A stretch of 64,000 nucleotides of DNA, taken from assembly GCA_964016885.1 (NCBI GenBank), contig OZ024758.1, forward strand, positions 13,082,001 to 13,146,000. Reading direction: 5' to 3'. The position numbers and the translations under genes are program-made. Shown in pieces: positions 54,936-64,000 of the stretch. The DNA comes from Eledone cirrhosa (lineage: Eukaryota). The stretch's first letter is position 1. Each line of letters opens with the position of its first letter. Below the pieces are notes generated by a model. The model saw only the letters and a list, made by a program, of their open reading frames with translations. It was not told the origin of the DNA and did not search any database.

Positions 54936-57788
54936 CTTGCAAGCAGGGAAAAGTGGACATATGATGATGATGATGATATATATATATATAGGAACAAGTG
55001 CGTTATGGTCCAGCTGGTTCCTTACATTTCCTTCGTTATATATATATATATATATATATATAGTAAATTACTATAATACACTGTCTAGCTCTAGACCTCG
55101 ACACAGAAGTGAACCTAAACATCGAGTGCTCTGCCGGGTGAACCTACAGTAACTCAAAGTTACTCTCCCTGGATATATATAGATATATGGAGGCACATGG
55201 CTTAGTGGTTAGAGCGTTGGCCTTGCAATCGAAAGGTTGTGAGTTCAATTCTCAGACCGGGTGATGTGTTGTTTCCTTGAGCAAGACACTTTATTTCACA
55301 TTGCTCCAGTTTACTCAGCTGCAGAAATGAGATGGTAGGGACTGCGGTCCCTTTCATTCCACTGCAAAGCACCCAGCACTCACTGTAAATGAGGTTGGTG
55401 TTAGGAAGGGCATTCAGCTGTAGAAATCAAGCCAAATCAGTTCCTGTATGAGCAAGGCATGGTCAGCCGACCAGACACTGCCCACAACAGGACAACCCGT
55501 CTAACCCATGCTAGCGTGGAAGAACGGACGTAAAACGGTGATGATGATGATGATCCATTGAGTGCTTTTTGATTGCCTCAATACTGGAGTAACATGAAAT
55601 GAAGTGTTTTGCTCAAGAACACAACACACAACCTAGTCCAGGAATCGAACCCACAAAATTATCATGTTAAGTCCAACACCTAAACCACTAAGTAATGACC
55701 CCCCCTCCTCCTCACATATTTGTGTATTTATTTGTTTTTGTTATATTTTCATCTGCCAATCCAGTTATCAGTACATGAGAGCTCGTGTGTTGCTTAAAGA
55801 GTTATTTATCGGTTGTGAAGAAAATGGAGTTGTAGGAAATATGGTTGGTAAAGGTTAAACTCTTGAAATTGGATTCGATCTAATCAATTGACTTGGAAAA
55901 GTCATTAAGATTAATTAGCCATTAGCTTCTCTCCTCAATCTGAATATATTGTGTAGTTTTGTGTAGTTTCAAGAAAAAGAATAGCTTTAAGGTAAGTTCT
56001 TCTCTGTCATTGATCTCACTTTACCAGGTTAGCTATCAATTAGCCTTTTTAATTATTTGACATGTATTTAGAACGTAATTAATAAATTATTTTCTAGCTG
56101 AAATTTCTGAGAAGGATTTCTGTCATTCTATCAGAAATACTTATATTTTCTCTCTCTCTTATTCTCTTACTGGTTTCAATCATTAGACTGTGGCCATGCT
56201 GGGGCATTATGCAGAGGTTTTAATTTATTATATCCAGTCCCACACTGTAAATGTGGTTAGTGTTTTGGAAGTGCATCCTGCTGTAAAAAAAAACCGGCCA
56301 AATTTACAGTCCTCGTCAGAGCAAGGTACTGTCATCAATCCTGGCCAGACTTGTCTCTCGACATGGACGATCTGTCTAACCCATGCAAACATGGAAACCT
56401 GGATGTTAAACGGTGATGATGGTGACTCCAGCGCATTGTTTGGCACTTATTTTATCAACTGTATGAGTGAGCTGGGCAAAGTCATAATGAAATAATTGTT
56501 TCTACTTTTGGCACAAGGCCTGCAATAACCCAGTGTATTACTGGTACTTTATTTTATCGACCCCGTAAGGATGAAAGGAAAAGTTAACCTAGGCAGGATT
56601 TGAACTCACAATGGCAAGGGCCGTGACTCTATGCGTCAAAGCATGGCGTCCGACCCTCTACCAATACTGCCTTATATACAAGATTTTTTTTGTTCAATTC
56701 TCTGATTTTACACTTCATATACAAACACCATACAACAGGCACCACTGCATGTCATGTACAAACACCATACAACATACATCACTACATGTCATATACAAAC
56801 ATCATACAACATACACCACATTGCTTCATATATAAACACTGTACAACATACACTACATCACTTCATATACAAACACCATACAATCTAGCCTTCACATAAA
56901 CAGAGAATTCTTTTGTTGCCATCAGATATTGTAGAAAATATTCCAATAAAGGTTTGTTTATTAGTTGTAACAAATATCAAATAACTCAGATTTATTAATC
57001 TAGTTATTTCAGAATCATAACTGAATCGTTAAGTAAAAGATCTGAAAGAAATTCCTCTCATTTGCTATTCAGATATAAACATTTCTTGGCAGCATTGGGA
57101 ATTTATTGTTTTTTCTGGGGTTGCCTGAAAGTCTTTGACACCAAACATTAACAAGCAAAAAGAAAAAGAATTATGTAGAGTTTTTTCATAAGCAAAGAAT
57201 TTTTTTTTAAATAATTGTTTTTTTTTTAAGTCTTATATTTGCAAGTTTTGTAAAATGGAAAAATACATACAGTGGAACCTTGGTTAATGAACTTAAGTCG
57301 TTTCTGAAGGCCATTCACATCGAAAATGTTCGTAAACCGAAACTGTTTTCCTGATACGAAATGTTGAGAGAGAAATACTGAGAGAGAGACAGAGAGACTG
57401 TATGTGAAAGAGAGATAGATATCACCGTAGTAACTAACTACACAGCAAGTGACTCTTTCCTACCAATACTCCAAGCTTGTTGCCAACCATTGTTGCCGGC
57501 TTGTGTGTTCATTACTCGAGACACCATTTATGAATCGAGACGTTTTACGTTCAGAAAAATTGTTCATGAACCAAGGCTCCACTGTATTATAAAAACTACA
57601 TTATTTATTTTGTTCTTGAAAGAAAAATAAGATACTTGATTAATTTTTAAAGTTGAATATTTTGTTTCTTTCTCTTGTATGTTTGGAGTCCAAATCTTAA
57701 GGTTTTCATAAGATTTCAGTTGTTGTTGTTGCTTTGCTCTCCTATGAATGATCTTTATAATTTGCTTTGTTACAAGACTATGGTTTAC

Positions 57789-58164
57789 TTAACCCTTTAT
57801 CATTTAAAACGGACGTATCCGGCCAGAATTCTCGCGCGTTTCAGTTCAAACCAGCCATAACCGGCCACTCATACTGACATTAAGGTATTGTTCTCAAAAT
57901 AAATAACATCATCAAAATCTCGTAGATTCCATATTATGAGATAATTATGTGAGATAAAGCCTTTATCATGAAAATATAATAATGTAATTGTTTCTACTTT
58001 TGGCACAAGGTCAGCAATTATCAGGATGCAAGGCAAAGTTAACCTCGGCGCGATTTGAACTCAGTCCGTAAAGGGACGTAACTCTGTGCCGGAAAGCATG
58101 GCGTCCGACCTTCTACCGATACTGCCAATCCACCGCTCTAATAATTTAAATGCTAAAGGGTTAA
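57789..58164 (-). mobile_element. piggyBac-like MITE interrupted by a SINE1 copy
   Basis: Both TTAA/TIR ends are present, with a SINE nested at ~57985-58137. Confidence 0.8.
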
Positions 58165-58438
58165 TATTGTTAGTCATATTATCAGTATTTGCACTTTTTG
58201 TTTGTTTACAAATTTTATTTTTGTTTGCTCCCCAATTTTGTTAGTCATCCGATTCCTCAGACCATTTGTCACTCAGAGTAAATGATCCTTATCACATTCC
58301 TATTGTGCAATTCCTCAATGGTTAGCTGCTGTCTTTATATACTTGATTGTTATCACATCTCCCTTCTCTATGGTAGTTTCTGGTGCGTGTATATGTGTAT
58401 ATATATATATGTATGTATGTGTATGTATATATGTATAC

Positions 58439-58610
58439 ATGAATTAGTCAGGACCCTGATGGCTGAGTCGTTGCCGTTTCAACAGCTAGTTCCAGTCTGG
58501 AACTAGCTGTTGAAACAGCAAGAACTCAGCCATCAGGGTCCTGACTAATTCATATAACCATACTCTACTACTCAAAGTATCGAGTACTCTGCTGAATAAT
58601 GGGCTAACCA
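58439..58610 (+). mobile_element. Family A variant with hairpin centred at 58496
   Basis: Arms at 58439-58495 and 58497-58553, followed by the family tail ACTCTACTAC.CAAAGTATCGAGTACT. Confidence 0.6.
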
Positions 58611-58629
58611 GTTTATATCAATATATATC

Positions 58630-58666
<37 letters not shown>

Positions 58667-59392
58667 AACACCTCCCTTTCTCTATAAAGTTATGCTGGTA
58701 CCACAACATCCAGTCCAAACTGAGTTTGTGTAGGTGTCATGACAAAAACACACAGTCCACGCTGTAATGTGGCCATGTAGGTAACACGGTATAAAGTTCC
58801 CAGTCCACACTGTAAATGTGGTTGGTGTTAGGAAGGGTATCCAGCCGTAGAAAACCTGCCAGATAGTCCTATACGAGTGAGACACGGTCGCCCGACCAAT
58901 CTTGCCTCAAGTGGGACAACTCCCGTCTAACCCATGCTAGCGTGGAAGATAGACTTTAAACGATGATGATGATGATGATGATTATATATATATATATATA
59001 TATATAAGGTGGATATAATATGAAGGTATGAAGAACTTTGAAATAAATCTCGTCTGGTCCATCTTCGTGATCTAAGATCTACCACCAAGATCTGATCAAA
59101 CATTCCATCTTGTTTCGCTCGGAATCCTGTCATCGGCCTGACATCAAGCACAACACTATAACCCCATCACAACAAAACTCCTAAAGCTACAATCATTCGG
59201 CCTTTCTATTGCTCCCGAATAAAATTGGAAAATGGTATCTACGAGGATCAAATTGTTCATTATTTGATAAAAGACTTTCACGCTAAGATATAAGAATAAA
59301 TTAAAACAGCACGCATGATTAATGAATGGCAAAATTCTTTGAAAAATTTTGAGCTTTGTCGGCACATTTTTTTGTTTGTTTGTATTTTTAAT

Positions 59393-59430
<38 letters not shown>

Positions 59431-59567
59431 TTCAAAATTTGGTAAAAATCGAACCAATATTTGATATAAAAATCATATTGAAATATTAGAATAGGAGTTT
59501 AAAGCACCTTTCCAAATTGCATTTTACTCTCAATTCTTTGACTCTTTTTTTTGCATCAAACCTTTAG

Positions 59568-59658
59568 ATTGTCTTTAGCAACTATGAGCTTAGCTATAGA
59601 AAGCCAACATGTCTACACAAAACAAGGTGTGGCTATCACCATGACAGGTATTGCACAA
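59568..59658 (+). CDS. FLOT1: Flotillin-1 third coding exon, copy A (R-LSLATMSLAIESQHVYTKQGVAITMTGIAQ)
   Basis: 91 nt, phase 2-0, with a polypyrimidine tract, tttag| acceptor and CAA|GTAAGT donor. Matches FLOT1 [30 protein letters not shown]. Confidence 0.88.
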
Positions 59659-59872
59659 GTAAGTGGTTTTATCCCTCTTTGTAATGGGCAAGTTTCTAAA
59701 CTCCTATCAAAGATGCAAGTAGTAGGCAGCTTCTTAGTTTCAATCATAGTTGGTTACCTTTGTAGCTTTGTTTTCTTTTGTTGTTGTTATTATTATTATT
59801 ATATATTTTATGTTTTAATTTCTCCACCCACTGTCCATTCCTTTTTGCAGATAGAATGTTGTTGCTTTACAT

Positions 59873-59928
<56 letters not shown>

Positions 59929-60634
59929 TGCATTGTTGTTTTTGTATTTTACAATTGATTTCTATATTTTGTTGTTGCAAATTATCAAATTCATATTATG
60001 CAGCATGGATATTAGTAGAGTTTCAGTTCCCTCATTCAAAGAGATCCAGTATTTTTCCTCAAGATATTTGCTCAGGTGTGGGTGGTGTTAAAGAATTTGT
60101 TCCGTACATGGTTGTCGTGTGTGAATCTTGATATCAACCAAAGAATTCAACTTTTAACTTGTAACTTTGATTTGATAGAAACACAATCACAAGAATAAAT
60201 ATATTTATTCGCTATGCAACACATAGTTGTGATGGGACCGAGAAGATCTCTCTCTCTCTCTCTCAACAGTGTCATGTTAACATAGAATGTAAAATGGTAA
60301 CACACACACACACACACAAAAACATATGTATATATATAAACAAAAACGTTTTTCTTTCTTTTTTGTTCAGTTATACTATACAGCTTGGAAAAACCTTTTT
60401 CCTAGAACTAATTTTACTGTAATGAGACTATTTTGAGTTTCTAACTCAATACATGCTTTTGATATATTCGGTTCCGTTAATTCGTAGAGCTAATTCAAAT
60501 GTCGTGTAGACCCGGCTGCTATTTTTAGTGACGTGAGTCTGCGCGACGCGCTAAGTTCGGAAATCATCTGTGTTACATATACACACACTGTCCAGTTCTT
60601 TATTTTATTTAGAAGTGATCAGGATTCTAATTCT

Positions 60635-60717
60635 TCACCCGCTGATGAGCTAAGAATTTGATATACCTCTTCACAAATAATATTGCGAAACGGTTCCATC
60701 AAAAACCGTCTGGGTGA
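60635..60717 (+). ncRNA. Type I hammerhead ribozyme with full stem III
   Basis: Stem I TCACCCG/TGGGTGA (7 bp), CTGATGA 60642-60648, and stem II closed by GC/GC plus ATTTG/CAAAT (imperfect). GAAA is at 60687-60690, stem III is ACGGTT/AACCGT (6 bp) and the GTC triplet is at 60708-60710. Confidence 0.82.
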
Positions 60718-60978
60718 TGGGTAGTTACCACAATACTGGTTTGTATTTATTTTTCTTGATTTATTCTTAAATTGAGTCTAGCAAACCCTATTGTCTGTAG
60801 TTAGTATTTTTTTCACCTTAGCGTTTCTGGTCCATTACGATTTGAACGCATACATGCATATGTCTGTGTTCGTTTTTCTTTTTTGTTCAGTTACACTATA
60901 ACAAAACCATAAATTCTTTGTCCGTTCCCTTGTCTCTTGGTCTGGATTACCTCGGAAACATAAACCTTTTTACATAAT

Positions 60979-61053
60979 GTTGCCTGATGAGATCACGTAA
61001 GTGGTTACGTAAAATCAAGTAGTCACGATCAACATGGAAATATGTATCACAGC
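60979..61053 (+). ncRNA. Degenerate hammerhead motif
   Basis: CTGATGA 60984-60990 ... GAAATATGTATC-ACAGC. Homologous to 9781-9854, including its flanks. Confidence 0.45.
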
Positions 61054-61069
61054 TTTATAAATAAAGCAC

Positions 61070-61228
61070 TCTTTAACATCTATAACTTTTCATCTTTAAC
61101 ATCTATAACTTTTCATCTTTAACATCTATAACTTTTCATCTTTAACATCTATAACTTTTCATCTTTAACATCTATAACTTTTCATCTTTAACATCTATAA
61201 CTTTTCATCTTTAATATCTATAACATTT
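61070..61228. repeat. 23-bp tandem repeat, ~7 copies
   Basis: TCTTTAACATCTATAACTTTTCA; single copy in the homologous element at ~9872. Confidence 0.9.
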
Positions 61229-61262
61229 TCCTCATATATATATATGTATATATATGTATATA

Positions 61263-61437
61263 TAAATGGTTTCTACAGGGCTGTTTCATTTGAAGCCGAC
61301 AGTCAGCTTTCCTGATGATTTCCTTGGAATGAAACAGTTCTAGTCTTGTAGAAGCCATTTCTATATTAAATATTTATACTCTATGTATTGAGTACCTTCC
61401 TTACTGTGGTTACCCCCGATTAAACCTGGGATACACA
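61263..61437 (+). mobile_element. (TA)n-associated short element with HHR-like motif (61306-61355) and inverted 5' arm; family B
   Basis: CTGATGA-TTTCCTTGGAAT-GAAACAG...TTGTA-GAAGC. Related copies are at 8278-8418 (-), 23543-23678 (+) and ~36455-36493 (-). Confidence 0.6.
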
Positions 61438-62157
61438 CACTATATATATATATATTCATACATATAGAGTCTATAGTGCTGTGACTGAAGACATCACTAA
61501 TCATGGGAGCACTCAATGTTTGGGGAGATATAGAGTGGGTATAGAGGTAGGTAAAATCCCGACTGCAGCGGGACACAAGCTGATACTACCAGGCACTGCA
61601 GTCAGGAATTTACTCATCACTTTCTCTCTGTATCATCATTTCATTTCATTTTACGTCCGCTTTTCCCTGCTTGCAAGGGTGGGATGGAAACTGATTCTGG
61701 CTTGATTTCTACAGCTGGCTGCCCTTCCTAACACCAAACTCATTTACAGTGAGTGCTGGGTGCTTTTTTGCCGTGGCACCTCCACGACCACTTTACAGTG
61801 GAATGATAGGGACCCCAGTCCTATCATCTCATTTCTACAGCTGAGTAAACTGGAGCAATGTGAAATAAAGTGTCTTGCTCAAGGAAACAACACATCACCC
61901 GGTTTGAGAATTGAACTCACAACCTTTCGATTGCAAGACCAATGCACCACTAAGCCATGTGCCCCCATGTATGTGTATGTATTTATATATTGTGATTATA
62001 GATGTAGGCATGGCTGTGTGGTTAAGTACACATTGGAACCATATGGTTTCAGGCTCAGTCTCACTGCATAACACCTTGGGCAAGTGTCTTCTACTGAAGC
62101 TTCAAGCCAGCCTATACCTTGTGAGTGAAAGATGGAGACGGCAAAGAAGCCCGTTCT

Positions 62158-62188
<31 letters not shown>

Positions 62189-62700
62189 CATGCGTGTGTG
62201 TTTGTCAGTTGCCGCAGACTTTTTCATAGTGACTCTCTTTAAAAATCAAATGATGTTTGTTTATGTTCTTCATAAATGATACCCACCATGTTGTAATGGA
62301 TGGCTCGCTGGACATAAGTAATATATAACTATACTCGTACGTAAAAATATAATATGGATTAACATCAGGAAAAGCATCTAGCTATAGAAAAAAAAATGCT
62401 TTAAAAAATGTTTTCATTCAACTTATGAAAGTTTGGAGAAACTAGCTGTAAAAATAAAATTTTTTTACATCCCACTCTTAACTCTGAAAAATACCAGTAA
62501 TTATTTGGTAATTTTTTTTTTCCCCCAGCATATAGATTTAGTTGTAGTGTTAAGAACATAGCCTTTTTAGTTCTATTTTTTCTTTCTTTTTATTTTCCAC
62601 TATGGAAAAAAATAGTTATAAAAAAAAGCCATTGTTTTAGTTTAAAATAACTTAGCTTAAGAATCCAAATTTATCTTTGGAAATGGGAGATGTGGTTCTG

Positions 62701-62749
<49 letters not shown>

Positions 62750-63045
62750 CTTTTCTTCATAAATCTAGTTCATTTCTAGGTTTATAAATTTTGATTAAAC
62801 TTAATTTCTGAAAATTGTGGTTTTCAATATTAAAGAGTTTTATATTTAGATTTTATATTTAGTCATACGTTTTACACACATATATATATATATATATTGA
62901 ATTTTTAAACTTTTAACAGAACAATAATGATTAAACTATCAGAATAAATTTTTTGCATGTGGCTATTTTCAAAATAAGCATGCATTTTTACCACTGTTAG
63001 ACATTTCTTATGCCAGGGCTTGATACCAAGTAGTATTTGTTACAG

Positions 63046-63136
63046 ATTGACGCTAAATACTATGACTTTAGCAATAGAAAGTTCCCAGGTGTACACACAA
63101 TTAGGGGTGGCTGTTTCAGTGACAGGAATTGCACAG
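63046..63136 (+). CDS. FLOT1: Flotillin-1 third coding exon, copy B (R-LTLNTMTLAIESSQVYTQLGVAVSVTGIAQ)
   Basis: 91 nt, phase 2-0, with ttacag| acceptor and CAG|GTAAGT donor. It encodes the same SPFH-domain segment as copy A. The gene continues beyond the window. Confidence 0.9.
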
Positions 63137-63480
63137 GTAAGTTTGTTTTTGTTTTCTATTTCTTCACAGTACACTATTTTATTTTTGTACGTTTGTTTGT
63201 ATTTGTTCATACAGACCTATCCTACCCCATCACTGTTGCAATGAGAAACACTTTTTACTTTGTCTGCTTACACTAGTATACTTTATTTATCTATTTATTT
63301 ATGATTTTATTTTTAAAATTGCTTGAAAATTATACATGATTTTTATATTGTTTGATCTTTTTTTTATCTGTCAATTTTATTTGAAATTTATTTTCATCAA
63401 TAGCCTTGATAGAATGGATAGTCAGGAGTGTTTTACAACTTAGATGTTGATTGAGAATGACTTGAGCTTCTGCAAGACAG

Positions 63481-63707
63481 TTAACCCTTTAGCATTTACA
63501 TTACTCTATATTTACTATTGTATTTTTGTAGTAAAGGCTTTACTTCACATAGTTATCTCACAATATCGATTATACAAGATTTTGATATTAATTATTTTGA
63601 GAACAATACCTTAAAATAAGTATGAGCGGCCAGTTACTGCTGGTTTGAGCAGAAAGAGGTGAAAGAATTCTGGCCGGATATGGCCGGTTTAAATGCTAAA
63701 GGGTTAA
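63481..63707 (+). mobile_element. piggyBac-like MITE (TTAA-CCCTTTAGCATTTA...TAAATGCTAAAGGG-TTAA)
   Basis: 14-bp TIRs begin with CCCT and are flanked by TTAA on both sides. Confidence 0.85.
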
Positions 63708-64000
63708 ATGTAACCCTTTTTGTCATGCCAACCTCTCAGAAACTGCCTCTAGTTCAACGACATAAGAGAATTTTCAATTGGTGACATCCAGTACCAGGCT
63801 CCAAAACTATAGTTCCACTGTGAGAGGGGTTCAGCACAACCAATTGGCCTGTCCCCCCCTCACAACGGTACCATCCAGTTGTAAAATCCCCGGCCAAATT
63901 TACAGTACTCTTTGGACCAAGGTACAGCATGGCCAACTGTGACTAGACTAGTCTCCTCATGTGGACAACCCATCTAACCCATGCAAGCATGGAAAAATTT

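Noticed and set aside
59030-59365. Unique segment with short ORFs before exon A
   Set aside because: No recognisable protein motif or splice-compatible flotillin sequence.
59568-63136. Assembly artefact or second flotillin paralogue as the source of the duplicate exon
   Set aside because: The copies are too diverged for haplotigs, the flanks are unrelated, and I saw no duplicate of exons 1-2 between them.

Overview
This is AT-rich, microsatellite- and repeat-saturated eukaryotic DNA. The SINE/LINE/MITE landscape resembles an octopod cephalopod (inference). Nearly all listed ORFs are low-complexity artefacts. The only real gene I can support is the 5' part of a + strand flotillin-1 (reggie-2) gene, with tiny coding exons at 20659-20704 and 48325-48400. 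The third coding exon is present twice as intact, diverged 91-nt copies (59568-59658 and 63046-63136) that look like mutually exclusive exons. The window holds about ten type I hammerhead ribozyme (HHR) motifs of several families, mostly on the + strand. One well-formed HHR and two degenerate ones lie between the two alternative exons. Several (TA)n-associated elements are near-perfect fold-back hairpins whose turn falls at the HHR stem II loop, and one 62-bp tandem array is made of half-hammerheads. Also present are two tRNA-derived SINE families, RTE and Tx1/L1 LINE 3' fragments, piggyBac-like (TTAA) and Tc1/mariner-like MITEs, and many minisatellites. All structures were folded by eye; no searches were run.
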